Assembly (NCBI GenBank): GCA_051869435.1
Contig: JBJEAW010000103.1
Coordinates: forward strand, 5,841 to 69,840
Source of the DNA: Prevotella sp.
GTDB lineage: Bacteria > Bacteroidota > Bacteroidia > Bacteroidales > Bacteroidaceae
DNA: 64,000 nucleotides
Direction of reading: 5' to 3'
The number at the start of each line of letters is the position of its first letter. Position 1 is the first letter of the stretch. The translations under genes were made by a program, and so were the position numbers. This document shows positions 52,342-62,707 of this stretch, in pieces. The notes beneath the pieces were generated by a model. That model saw nothing but the letters and a program-made list of their open reading frames with translations. It did no database searches and was not told the DNA's origin.

Positions 52342-52415
52342 GGCGGGATAGCTCAGCTGGTTAGAGCGTCGGATTCATAATCCGGAGGTCGAGGGATCGT
52401 GACCCCCTCCCGCTA
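52342..52415 (+). tRNA. tRNA-Met(CAT), elongator type (Ile2 not excluded)
   Basis: Acceptor GGCGGGA/TCCCGCT, D-arm GCTC-AGCTGGTTA-GAGC, anticodon arm TCGGA-TTCATAA-TCCGG; lacks initiator hallmarks. Confidence 0.9.
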
Positions 52416-52427
52416 CATCCAATTCTT

Positions 52428-52460
52428 AAGGAGTTGCGTTTTCGCAACTCCTTTTTTTTT
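52428..52460 (+). terminator. Terminator after tRNA-Met
   Basis: AAGGAGTTGCG-TTTT-CGCAACTCCTT followed by a T run. Confidence 0.9.
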
Positions 52461-52852
52461 GTCTCTATCCGCCCCATCCTTGTCTCCCGTCACATCATGC
52501 CCATTCTTATCAGCAGCAACAAGCCGCCGCCTTACGCTCTGCTCAAACCACATGTCTCCGCAAGTGTCTGCCGCTGAAAAACAGGTGTTGATGAAACCCG
52601 CCAATAGTTCAAAATACTCCAATGCGAGGTGGAGAATAATACTAAAAGCACAGGTTTCATGCTCTTTTTGGCATCATACGCTATCGGGAAAGCGATAAAT
52701 TCGCTATATTTGCAGACGAAAAGAGGGGTTCCCACGCACAAGACCTTCCCGTCAGCCTTCAGCTTATGCAGGGAATACCGTGCGGGAAGCGGTTAACAGA
52801 CCCCCACCTTATGACAAACAACTCACGACAACTAAAACCTATATCAAACGCA

Positions 52853-54898
52853 ATGAAGAAGTATATCCTTGCATGTACAGCCATGCTATTCTGCCTCGGC
52901 ATTCTGCAGGCCAGAACGGTCACGGAGCTGAAGGAATGGAAATTCTACCCTGCTTATGATGTCAGCCGCCATCCCCAGACGACGGATGTCACTGTGCCAC
53001 ACACATGGAACCTTGCCGATGTGTTCAACGGCATGAAATATGAGCGTGGAGCTTATGTCTATGAGCGTATGCTGACACTCAGCGACGCGGAGCGGCGGGG
53101 GAAGAGGTTCTTCCTGAAATTCGACGGTGTGAACTCTTTTGCCGAGGTGGCTGTCAACCAGCGTTATGCCGGACATCACGCTGGGGGATATACCGCTTTC
53201 TGCCTTGAGGTGACCGGCCTTCTTACCACGGGCGACAACAAGATCAGCGTTTTGGTGAGCAACGCATACCGCACCGATGTGGCGCCTCTTGCCGGCGACT
53301 TCAACATCTATGGCGGCATAACACGGCCAGTATGGCTCATCGCGACCGGCGAGGACTGCATATCGCCATTGGACAACGGCAGCAGCGGGGTGTACATCCA
53401 CCAGGACCGTATCACCCGTGACGCGGCCGACCTGCGTGTGGAGACACGTCTGTCGCTCGCCACGGGGGCGACGGGCAAGACCGTGCGGGTCACTCTGACT
53501 GACCGTGCGGGAGCGGCGGTGGCTGTGAGGGAGACACCGGCGGAAGCCGGAGGATGCACAACAGCCCTGCATTGGGACAACCCACGGCTGTGGAACGGCA
53601 GACGCGACCCATATATGTATAAGGTCAAGGTGGAACTGCTGTGCGATGGACGTGTGGCAGACAGTGTGGACGAGGAGACAGGGCTGAGGCATTTCGCCCT
53701 TGACGCAGACAGGGGATTCTTCCTCAACGGCGAGCATCTTGACCTCCATGGCGTATGCCGGCACGAGGAGGGCTACCGCAGCGGCGGGCTGTATAATGAG
53801 GCAGCCATGCGCGAGGATGCCGACATTATCAGCGAACTGGGATGCACAGGCGTGCGATTCGTCCATTATCCCCATTCCCGATACGATGTCAGGCAGTATG
53901 ACGAGCGTGGCATCGTGGTATGGCAGGAGCTGAACCTCGCGGGCCCCGGCGGCTACAACTCTCCCGGATATATTAAGACCCCCCAGCTTGAGGCCAATGT
54001 CATGCAGAACCTCATAGAGATGGTCAAGCAGCATTACAACTCGCCCTCCATCTGTTTCTGGAGCCTGTGCAACGAGTTGTCGTTCAAATATGACGAGCCG
54101 GCAACATTCCTCCGCCTCCTCCACGCCAAGGCCAAGGAGCTTGACCCCCAACGTCTCACCACACTCGCCATCTGCTATGACCAGGAGCGTTTCCAGGGCA
54201 TAACAGACTGTATCGGGTGGAACAAGTATTTCGGGTATTACGAGAAGAAAGGCGGTGTGGGCGACTTTATGGACAACGCCCACAAGATGGCGGGAGGACA
54301 GCCCATCGGACTGTGCGAGTATGGCGCGGCGGGAAGCGTCCTCCAGCATGGCTTCGAGCCTATGGTGAGCAACAAGATTCACTATGAGGAGAATCAGGCG
54401 CGTGTGCATGAGGAGAACTGGCGGGAGATGAGCCAGAGGGACTACGCATGGTGTAAGTTCATCTGGCAGTATGCCGACAACCCCAGCAGCATACGCGACG
54501 AGGGCGACCAGCGTGGCATGAACGACAAGGGCATCGTCACTTACGACCGCAAGACGCGCAAGGACGCATACTTCTTCTATAAGGCCAACTGGAGCGACGA
54601 GCCGACACTGTATATCGCCGCGAGACGTTATACAGAGCGCACAGAGCCGCTGACAGACGTGAAGATATATACCAACCAGCCCCAGGCGACGCTCTATGTC
54701 AACGGGAAGAAGGCGGGCCGTGGACGGAGAGACGCCATAGGACGCATCGTCTTCAAAGGCATCACGCTGAGTGAGGGCGAGAACAAGATAAGCGTGAGGG
54801 CGGGCAGACTGGCCGACGAGTGTCGCTGCACGCTGAAAACAGCAGGCGAGAAAAGGCTCACAACGGGCGAGGAACGCCTCGACGGAGCGATAGAATGA
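52853..54898 (+). CDS. Glycoside hydrolase family 2 (beta-galactosidase/glucuronidase-like), exported
   Basis: FDGVNS, HAGGYTAF, YGGITRPV, GVCRHEE, WSLCNE (acid/base), CEYGA (nucleophile), NDKGIVT; signal peptide from ATG 52853. Confidence 0.92.
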   Translation: MKKYILACTAMLFCLGILQARTVTELKEWKFYPAYDVSRHPQTTDVTVPHTWNLADVFNGMKYERGAYVYERMLTLSDAERRGKRFFLKFDGVNSFAEVAVNQRYAGHHAGGYTAFCLEVTGLLTTGDNKISVLVSNAYRTDVAPLAGDFNIYGGITRPVWLIATGEDCISPLDNGSSGVYIHQDRITRDAADLRVETRLSLATGATGKTVRVTLTDRAGAAVAVRETPAEAGGCTTALHWDNPRLWNGRRDPYMYKVKVELLCDGRVADSVDEETGLRHFALDADRGFFLNGEHLDLHGVCRHEEGYRSGGLYNEAAMREDADIISELGCTGVRFVHYPHSRYDVRQYDERGIVVWQELNLAGPGGYNSPGYIKTPQLEANVMQNLIEMVKQHYNSPSICFWSLCNELSFKYDEPATFLRLLHAKAKELDPQRLTTLAICYDQERFQGITDCIGWNKYFGYYEKKGGVGDFMDNAHKMAGGQPIGLCEYGAAGSVLQHGFEPMVSNKIHYEENQARVHEENWREMSQRDYAWCKFIWQYADNPSSIRDEGDQRGMNDKGIVTYDRKTRKDAYFFYKANWSDEPTLYIAARRYTERTEPLTDVKIYTNQPQATLYVNGKKAGRGRRDAIGRIVFKGITLSEGENKISVRAGRLADECRCTLKTAGEKRLTTGEERLDGAIE

Positions 54899-55268
54899 GG
54901 GGCGTTCTATAAACCGGTCCAAGTCTTCTTTCTGATTCTATGAGGGGCTTGGACGCTCTTACGCCTCCCGCATTGTATCTCACGGATTCCTATTCAGCCA
55001 CGTAGTCCGCCACGCTCCCTCATTAAAGGGTGGTTCTATTAATTACAATTCTATGAGGAACTACCTTTGCGGTCTTTTACTCTCTCTCCGGCATCTTTCT
55101 TTGTAATTGCTTGCACCATAGCTCGCTATGCTGCTTCACCCTTACAAAAAAATCTGCTCGGAGATAGAGCAAAATCCCATCAAAGCTAATTTATAGAACC
55201 ACCCTAAACCCAGCAATCTACGGCACGGTAGCCGTAGCATCATCCCAGCCCAATTTACAGAACACGCC
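54899..55268 (+). mobile_element. MITE-like family A outer copy, interrupted by a nested copy
   Basis: GGGGCGTTCTATAAA / TTTACAGAACACGCC flanked by TGA/TGA; about 190 bp after removing the nested copy. Confidence 0.65.
55028..55204 (+). mobile_element. MITE-like family A inner copy (177 bp)
   Basis: 18-bp TIR with one mismatch GGGTGGTTCTATTAATTA / TAATTTATAGAACCACCC, TAAA on both sides, long internal hairpin with apex CATAGC-TC-GCTATG. Confidence 0.8.
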
Positions 55269-55318
55269 TGAAGGTCTGAGACTTGACAAGGCTGTTTACA
55301 TAACATAACCATAAGACA

Positions 55319-56722
55319 ATGAGAATGATTTTTCTGACAACACTTGTCGTGGCAGCCATGACCGCGGCGGCACAGAAGACGTATGAACCCACATGGGAGT
55401 CGCTTGAGCGTCATGAGGCTGTGCCCCAATGGATGCGCGACGCGAAGTTTGGCATCTACTGCCACTGGGGTGTCTATAGCGTCCCGGCCTACGGCAACGA
55501 GCAGTATTTCCACTATATGCACGACGACGGTGTGGGCCTGATGAACGCTCGCCAGCGCCACGAGGCGATGTACGGCTCCTTGGAGACATTCGGGTATCAC
55601 GACTTCATCCCGATGTTCAAGGCCGAGCATTTTGACGCCGACGAATGGGCAGAGCTGTTCCAGAGCAGCGGAGCGAGGTTTGCGGGTGTTGTCGGCGAGC
55701 ACCACGACGGGTTCGCCATGTGGGACTCGCGCTTCACGCCCTTCAACGCCAAGGCCATGGGTCCCTGCCGTGATGTCGTGGGCGAGATGGCCGGGGCTGT
55801 GCGCCGGCGGGGGATGAAATTCTTTGTCTCACTACACCATGAGAACAATTACTACTATGTCAAGGTCAAACCCACGTGGGCAGCCAACAAGCCCGAATAC
55901 GCCAAGATGTATGGATGTCTCATGCCACGCGACGAGTGGTATCAGATGTGGCTTGACAAGGGGATGGAGGTAGTGAGCAAATATAGCCCTGACATAATAT
56001 ACTTCGACGCATGGATGGACTCCATACCTGAGGAGAAGAAGCTCCGTTTCCTCGCCCATTATTTCAACCACGCCGAGGAGAAAGGCCAACAGGTCATCTT
56101 CACATACAAGAACCACGACTTCCCCCGCAGCATCGGGATGCTCGACCACGAGATGAGCAATCCGCGCGACATCGACCCCGAGCCATGGCTGTGCGACTAT
56201 ACCATATGCGACGGATACCATAAGCCGTGGGGATATGTGCGCGGCATACACTACCGCTCCCATGTGGATATAATACACAAGCTGGTTGAGGTTGTCAGCA
56301 ACAACGGGCAGATGCTTCTCAACCTCGCCCCCAAAGCCGACGGCACATTCCCGCAGGAGCAGCGTGACGTGGTTGAGAATGTCGGGGTATGGCTGTGGTC
56401 GTATGGCGAGAGCATATACGGGACGAGGCCGTTCGTAGTGTCACACGAGACGACACCGACAGGCGAGCGTGTCCATTATACCCGCAAGGGGAACACGATA
56501 TACGTCATACTCCTTGACTGGCCCGGGACAGAGAAGCCCATCTTCCTGACCGCGCTGAAGGACGCGAACATCAGGGGAGAGGTGAAAGACGCCACCCTGC
56601 TCAGCGTGAAGCGCAATTTCAAATGCCGTGTCGCCCAGGGCAGCAAGGGGCTCACACTCACCATACCCGAGAAGTCGCGCATCCCGTCTGACGCCGCACA
56701 TGTCATAAGGATAACGCTATAG
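55319..56722 (+). CDS. Alpha-L-fucosidase (GH29)
   Basis: YEPTWESL, DAKFGIYCHWG, EHHDGFAMWDS, IYFDAW (nucleophile), LLNLAPKADG, ESIYGTRP. Confidence 0.93.
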   Translation: MRMIFLTTLVVAAMTAAAQKTYEPTWESLERHEAVPQWMRDAKFGIYCHWGVYSVPAYGNEQYFHYMHDDGVGLMNARQRHEAMYGSLETFGYHDFIPMFKAEHFDADEWAELFQSSGARFAGVVGEHHDGFAMWDSRFTPFNAKAMGPCRDVVGEMAGAVRRRGMKFFVSLHHENNYYYVKVKPTWAANKPEYAKMYGCLMPRDEWYQMWLDKGMEVVSKYSPDIIYFDAWMDSIPEEKKLRFLAHYFNHAEEKGQQVIFTYKNHDFPRSIGMLDHEMSNPRDIDPEPWLCDYTICDGYHKPWGYVRGIHYRSHVDIIHKLVEVVSNNGQMLLNLAPKADGTFPQEQRDVVENVGVWLWSYGESIYGTRPFVVSHETTPTGERVHYTRKGNTIYVILLDWPGTEKPIFLTALKDANIRGEVKDATLLSVKRNFKCRVAQGSKGLTLTIPEKSRIPSDAAHVIRITL

Positions 56723-57126
56723 GGGAGGACTGTTAAGGGTGTTTCTGAAATGTGAGGTAACAGTGGCGAATTAAGAATCAGAGGAAGTCTTACTTTTTTT
56801 GAATATTACTAAGGATTGTAAGCAGTATCTTCTGGCGGCTCATTGGTATTGTTTGGGCGGCTCATCCAATAGCAATGAGCGTGTCATCCAGTACCTTTCA
56901 GATATTTGACGGACAAGCAACAAATCTGTAAGCCACGCCACCACCGTCTCTTACAGATTGTAAGTTGTGGCCGATGGTCTTGCCTGCCCGCCCGGCTCTC
57001 CGCCCGGCCTTCCACAACCGTCTGTACCACTGGCGGAATCATGTTGACCAGTCTGCATAATATCCTAAAGCCACCCTACGCTGTCATATAAAGAAAGGAA
57101 TATGACTGAGCAATCACCCAAAACGG

Positions 57127-57491
57127 GTAACTATTCAGCGAATATTGTACAACGGTCGCTGGCCGAAGGGAAAAGCAAAGCGCAGAAGCCCAAAGCCCAG
57201 GGCAAGCGTAGCGACGCCCTGGGTTGAGAATCCATACCGCTTGTACGCGCTGAACCAACGGTCGCTGGCCGAAGGGAAAAGCAAAGTGCAAAAGCGTTAT
57301 GGCCTTATAGCTCATTTACGCTTTTGCGCTTACAGCGCGACAATTACCCACACGAACAATATCCCCAGGGTGTCACTCCGCTACGCTCCGTTCTGCCCTG
57401 GGCTATGGGCTTCTGCGCTTTCAGCGCGTGCTGGCTGAGACAATATAAATCTATATTTTCTTGTTACAAAACGCATTCGCTGAATAGTTAC
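57127..57491. mobile_element. 365-bp MITE (family B) containing REP-like palindromes
   Basis: Perfect 17-bp TIR GTAACTATTCAGCGAAT / ATTCGCTGAATAGTTAC; 8-bp direct repeat CAAAACGG at 57119 and 57492. Confidence 0.88.
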
Positions 57492-57587
57492 CAAAACGGC
57501 GAAATGTGTTAATTTATGTTTACCACACATTCAAAAACGGGATATTTCTATTAATTTTGCAAAATATAACATAATCCTCTGACAGAC

Positions 57588-58985
57588 ATGAAGAAAAGAA
57601 TCATATTGTGTGTCTTTGCGGCGGGAATGACACTGCTCATACAGGCCCAGACGAAGAACGGCGGCATCACTCCCGCCATGATGAAGTCTATAACATCGCA
57701 GGACATGAAGAGTCCGGCACAGAAAGCGCTCACAAACGCCATTCAGAACAACAGCATCAACACCCTCGCCAAGGGCAAGGCGTCACGTATGCCTGTGCCT
57801 AAGACATTCGCTGTGGAGACCTGTCAGCAGTCGATACAGGACCAGAAAAGCTCCGGCCGCTGCTGGATGTTCTCCGGCCTCAATGTCCTCCGCAACGACT
57901 TTGCCCTGCAGAATGAGGGCAAGAGCGTGGTGTTCTCACAGAGCTACCTGTTCTTCTGGGACCAGCTTGAGAAGTCGAACCTCTTCCTGCAGAGCGTCAT
58001 TGACACAGGCCGGAAGGACATCAACGACCAGGAGGTGCAGTTCCTCTTCGGCCAGCCTCTCAGCGACGGCGGCACATTCTGCGGCGTCATAGACCTTGTC
58101 GGGAAGTACGGCCTTGTCCCACAGAGCGTGGCCCCCGAGACATTCTCGTCAGAGAGCACATCACAGGCATCGTCGATAATAAAGCGCAAGCTGAGAGAAT
58201 ACGGCCTGAGACTGCGCAAGATGGTGGCTGAGGGGAAGAAGCCGGCGGCCATCAACGACGAGAAGACCGCGATGCTGAAGACCATCTACGGCATCCTGGC
58301 CACAGTATATGGCGAGCCCGTGACATCATTCACATACCAGCACACAGACAAGGACGGCAAGCCTGTCGGCGAGCCGAAGGAATATACCCCGCTGTCTTTC
58401 GCCAAGGAGTGTGGCGCGACAGGTCTCGACACACGTTACCTCATCGTCATGAACGACCCCCGCAATGCCTACCACAAAGTCTATGAGGTAGAGTATGACC
58501 GCCATACGTATGACGGCCACAACTGGCGTTTCCTCAATCTTCCCATGGACGAGATAGAGGCCCTCGCCATTAAGGCCCTGAAGGCCGGTAAGAAGCTCTA
58601 CTCGTCGTACGACATCAAATACTTCGACAGCAAGCGCGGACTTGCCTCTCTCGATGTCTATGACTACGAGAGCCTCTTCCAGACATCATTCCCCATGGAC
58701 AAGGCAGAGCGTCTCGCCACACGTGAGAGCGCGTCGGCCCATGCCATGACGCTGACAGCCGTCGATACGACAGCGGCGGGCAAGCCACGCTACTGGAAAG
58801 TGGAGAACTCATGGGGAGCGGAGAGCGGACAGAAGGGATGTGTCGTCATGACCGACGAGTGGTTCCGCGAATACACCTTCCGCCTCTGTGTCGAGAAGCA
58901 GTATGTCCCGGAGAATCTTCTCAAGGAGGCAGAGCAGAAGCCTGTCATGCTCAAGTATGACGATATCCTCTTCTCAGAGGAGTAA
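57588..58985 (+). CDS. pepC: C1B-family cysteine aminopeptidase (PepC/bleomycin hydrolase-like), exported
   Basis: QKSSGRCWMFS, DQLEKSNLFL, AHAM, KVENSWG; -7 box TAATTTTG at 57552. Confidence 0.92.
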   Translation: MKKRIILCVFAAGMTLLIQAQTKNGGITPAMMKSITSQDMKSPAQKALTNAIQNNSINTLAKGKASRMPVPKTFAVETCQQSIQDQKSSGRCWMFSGLNVLRNDFALQNEGKSVVFSQSYLFFWDQLEKSNLFLQSVIDTGRKDINDQEVQFLFGQPLSDGGTFCGVIDLVGKYGLVPQSVAPETFSSESTSQASSIIKRKLREYGLRLRKMVAEGKKPAAINDEKTAMLKTIYGILATVYGEPVTSFTYQHTDKDGKPVGEPKEYTPLSFAKECGATGLDTRYLIVMNDPRNAYHKVYEVEYDRHTYDGHNWRFLNLPMDEIEALAIKALKAGKKLYSSYDIKYFDSKRGLASLDVYDYESLFQTSFPMDKAERLATRESASAHAMTLTAVDTTAAGKPRYWKVENSWGAESGQKGCVVMTDEWFREYTFRLCVEKQYVPENLLKEAEQKPVMLKYDDILFSEE

Positions 58986-59178
58986 CAACCATCAGCAACC
59001 CAGCCTGCCACAGCCTCACCTTACCGCCACGGTAGGCCACAGGCATGACAGGACATAGAGAGAGACGCGCTGACAGCAAGGCCGCTGTGATGGCATCTGC
59101 CGCCCCCGAGGCGGCAGATGCCACCGCTGTGGCCAGACATGTCAGAATAGTGGAGGAGAAACAACCCATCAATCCTAA

Positions 59179-61110
59179 ATGGCCAAGCATCATCTGACAG
59201 ACATAGAGACCCCTTCCGACCTGCGTAAGCTCCCTGTCGAGGAACTGCAGCAGATATGCGACGAACTACGTGAGACTATCGTCAACGCCCTTGCCGTCAA
59301 CCCCGGCCACCTCGCCTCAAGCCTTGGTGCCCTCGAGTTGACGGTAGCGTTGCATTATGTCTTCAACACCCCATACGACCGCATCGTGTGGGATGTCGGC
59401 CACCAGGCCTACGCCCACAAGATACTCACCGGCCGCCGCGACCGTTTCCCGACAAACCGCAAGCTCCATGGGCTGAAGCCTTTCCCCTCGCCCGACGAGT
59501 CAGAGTATGACACCTTCACATGCGGGCATGCGTCGAACAGCATCTCGGCCGCTCTCGGCATGGCTGTCGCGTCGCGTCTCCTCGACAAGCGGCGCCATGT
59601 GATAGCCGTCATTGGCGACGGCGCGATGTCTGGCGGACTGGCCTTCGAGGGGCTCAACAATGTCTCCTCGTCGCCCAACGACATGCTCATCATACTCAAC
59701 GACAACAACATGTCGATAGACCGCTCAGTGGGAGGCATGAAGCAGTATCTGATAAACCTCAACACCAACCGCACGTATAACAACCTGCGGTACAGGTTCT
59801 CAAGATGGATGGCCGACCATGGATACATGGACGACCACCGCCGCAAAGGCATCATACGCCTCAGCAACGCCATGAAGGCCGCCATAGCCCAGCAGCAGAA
59901 CATCTTCGAGGGGATGAACATACGCTACTTCGGCCCTATCGACGGCAATGACGTCAAGGAGGTGGTGCGCGTGCTCGGCCTGCTGAAAGACATGAAGGGT
60001 CCCAAGCTCCTGCATCTCCACACAGTGAAAGGCCATGGCTACAAGCCGGCCGAGGAGATGCCCACAATATGGCACGCGCCAGGGAAGTTCAACCCTGAGA
60101 CAGGCGAGCGCGACACGCCGCAGGCAAGCGATACAGGGCAGACGGAAGAGCCGCGTCCGCCAAAGTTCCAGGATGTCTTCGGGAACACGATACTCGAGCT
60201 TGCACGCCAGAACCCACGCATCGTGGGCGTCACGCCAGCCATGCCCACAGGATGCTCGCTGAACATAATGATGAGGGAGATGCCCGGGCGTGTATTCGAT
60301 GTCGGCATTGCCGAGGGACACGCCGTGACATTCTCAGGAGGCATGGCGAAAGACGGGCTGCTGCCCTTCTGCAACATATACTCGGCATTCGCACAGCGTG
60401 CCTATGACAACATCATACACGACATAGCCACGATGCGTCTGCATGTCGTCATATGCCTCGACAGGGCAGGCATTGTCGGCGAGGACGGCCCGACACATCA
60501 CGGAGCATTCGACATCGCCGCGCTAAGGCCAGTGCCCAACCTCACGATATGCTCCCCCTACGACGAGCACGAGCTGCGCCACATGATGTTCACAGCCCAG
60601 AAGGAGGGACAGGGGACATGGGTCATCAGATACCCGAGAGGATGCGGCTCACAGCCCCTCTGGCAGTGCCCGATGGAGGAGATACAGCCGGGGACAGGAC
60701 GCCTCATGTACGAGGCGCCGGCCACAGGCGGCAACATGAGACGTGTCGCGGTGCTCACCATCGGCCCGATAGGCCACGACGTGACCGCCATAGCGCGCGA
60801 AAGCGGTGTCACACACTATGACATGCGCTTCGTGAAGCCTCTCGACAGCGCCATCATGAGCCATGTCGCCCATAACTACGACGCCATAGTGACCGTCGAG
60901 GACGGCGTGAGAGACGGCGGCTTCGGCTCGGCCGTATGCGAGTGGATGCAAGAGCATGGCCACCTCATGCCCGTGAGGAGACTGGGCATGCCGGACAGCT
61001 TCGTGGAGCACGGGACAGTGGCAGAGCTGAGGAAGATTGTCGGCCTCGACGCCGAGAGCATAGCCAAGGCCATACAGGAGGAGAAGACACACAGCACGGG
61101 CAACGCCTGA
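59179..61110 (+). CDS. dxs: 1-deoxy-D-xylulose-5-phosphate synthase
   Basis: [59 protein letters not shown]. Confidence 0.97.
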   Translation: MAKHHLTDIETPSDLRKLPVEELQQICDELRETIVNALAVNPGHLASSLGALELTVALHYVFNTPYDRIVWDVGHQAYAHKILTGRRDRFPTNRKLHGLKPFPSPDESEYDTFTCGHASNSISAALGMAVASRLLDKRRHVIAVIGDGAMSGGLAFEGLNNVSSSPNDMLIILNDNNMSIDRSVGGMKQYLINLNTNRTYNNLRYRFSRWMADHGYMDDHRRKGIIRLSNAMKAAIAQQQNIFEGMNIRYFGPIDGNDVKEVVRVLGLLKDMKGPKLLHLHTVKGHGYKPAEEMPTIWHAPGKFNPETGERDTPQASDTGQTEEPRPPKFQDVFGNTILELARQNPRIVGVTPAMPTGCSLNIMMREMPGRVFDVGIAEGHAVTFSGGMAKDGLLPFCNIYSAFAQRAYDNIIHDIATMRLHVVICLDRAGIVGEDGPTHHGAFDIAALRPVPNLTICSPYDEHELRHMMFTAQKEGQGTWVIRYPRGCGSQPLWQCPMEEIQPGTGRLMYEAPATGGNMRRVAVLTIGPIGHDVTAIARESGVTHYDMRFVKPLDSAIMSHVAHNYDAIVTVEDGVRDGGFGSAVCEWMQEHGHLMPVRRLGMPDSFVEHGTVAELRKIVGLDAESIAKAIQEEKTHSTGNA

Positions 61111-61290
61111 AACCACCGCCACACGCCGCACACGACAGCCATCGGCCACCCTCATGAGGCGGCAGGCCCTCGTGCCGCGAAGCCCCGAGACAGCAGGTGG
61201 CAGGACGGGAGACATAACACAAGCCCTGCCGGGGAGGCGAATGCCCCACCCCAAGACAAAGGGACAAATACCTATAACAGAGCAAAGAGA

Positions 61291-62637
61291 ATGAAGATAA
61301 TCGTAGCTGGAGCCGGCGCGATGGGCACCCATCTGACCAAGCTCCTATCAGCAGAGAACCTTGACTGCACACTGATTGACGCCGACAAGTACCGTCTGTC
61401 AGCGCTCGACTCTGACTATGACCTCATGACCATAGCCGCATCGCCGACAAGCATCAAGGCACTGAAGGACGCCGGAGTGAACGGCGCCGACCTCTTCATA
61501 GCCGTCACGCCCCACGAGACAACAAACATAACATGCTCTGTGCTGGCAAAAGCCCTCGGGGCAAAGAAGACCGTAGCGCGCATAGACAACTTTGAATACC
61601 TGAGGGAAGACTCGCCGAGAATATTCTCAGAGATAGGCGTTGACGACCTCATCTACCCTGAGGTGCTCGTCGCGAACGATATAGCCAAGGCACTGAGGAT
61701 GACATGGGTGAGGCAGAGGTATGACATCTTCAACGGACAGCTCGTGCTCATGGCTATAAAGATGCGCGCCACAGCGTCACAGATACTGCACACTCCGCTC
61801 AAAGACCTCTGCGGGCCTGACGACCCCTACCACATCGTGGCCATAAAGAGAGCAGGCGAGACAATCATACCAGGAGGTATGGACATGATAGAGGACCAGG
61901 ACCTCGCCTACTTCATGACAACAAGAGAGTATATACCATACATAAGGAAAATCGTAGGCAAGGAAGACTATGAGGATGTGCACAACGTCATGATCATGGG
62001 AGGCGACAAGGCCGCCGTGCGTATCGCACATACCATACCCGACTACATGAACCTCAAAATCATAGAACAGGACGAGCAGAGATGTGATATCCTCAACGAC
62101 CTCATTGACAAGAGGAATGTGATGGTCATACACGGAGACGGGCGTGACATGTCGCTGCTGAGAGAGGAGAACATCGCCAACACACAGGCTTTCGTAGCCC
62201 TGACAGGCAACGCCGAGACAAACATCCTCGCGTGTCTCGCGGCGAAAAGGCGCGGAGTGAGGAAGACCGTGGCACAAGTGGAGAACCTCGACTATATCTC
62301 CATGGCCGAGAGCCTCGACATAGGCACGATAATAAACAAGAAAGTCATAGCCGCCGGCAAGATATACCAGATGCTCCTTGACAGCGATGTCACCAATGTG
62401 AGGTTCCTCATGACATCCAATGCCGACGTGGCAGAGTTTGTGGCGACATACGACTCGAAGATAACCCGCAAGCAGGTGAAAGACCTCGGACTGCCACACG
62501 GGGTGACAATAGGCGGACTCATGCGCGACGGCAAAGGAATGCTCGTGTCGGGCATGACACAGATACAGGCGGGCGACAGCGTCATGGTCTTCTCACACAA
62601 CGTCAATCTGCGCAAGATAGAGAAGCTCTTCAAGTAA
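61291..62637 (+). CDS. trkA: Trk K+ uptake NAD-binding subunit
   Basis: Two RCK units: MKIIVAGAGAMG...YPE and VMIMGG...HGDGRD...TNILAC. Confidence 0.95.
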   Translation: MKIIVAGAGAMGTHLTKLLSAENLDCTLIDADKYRLSALDSDYDLMTIAASPTSIKALKDAGVNGADLFIAVTPHETTNITCSVLAKALGAKKTVARIDNFEYLREDSPRIFSEIGVDDLIYPEVLVANDIAKALRMTWVRQRYDIFNGQLVLMAIKMRATASQILHTPLKDLCGPDDPYHIVAIKRAGETIIPGGMDMIEDQDLAYFMTTREYIPYIRKIVGKEDYEDVHNVMIMGGDKAAVRIAHTIPDYMNLKIIEQDEQRCDILNDLIDKRNVMVIHGDGRDMSLLREENIANTQAFVALTGNAETNILACLAAKRRGVRKTVAQVENLDYISMAESLDIGTIINKKVIAAGKIYQMLLDSDVTNVRFLMTSNADVAEFVATYDSKITRKQVKDLGLPHGVTIGGLMRDGKGMLVSGMTQIQAGDSVMVFSHNVNLRKIEKLFK

Positions 62638-62707
62638 TCCCCCTAACCACAGTCCACACACCCCAAGGACACACTACCCAAGAGAAAAAGGACAAAGGAA
62701 AAAGAAC

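Noticed and set aside
52886-54922. 678-aa antisense ORF over the GH2 gene
   Set aside because: It mirrors the GH2 codon frame, has no recognisable motifs, and is explained by codon bias on the sense strand.
52342-57500. Integrative element at tRNA-Met
   Set aside because: No integrase and no duplicated tRNA 3' end found downstream.
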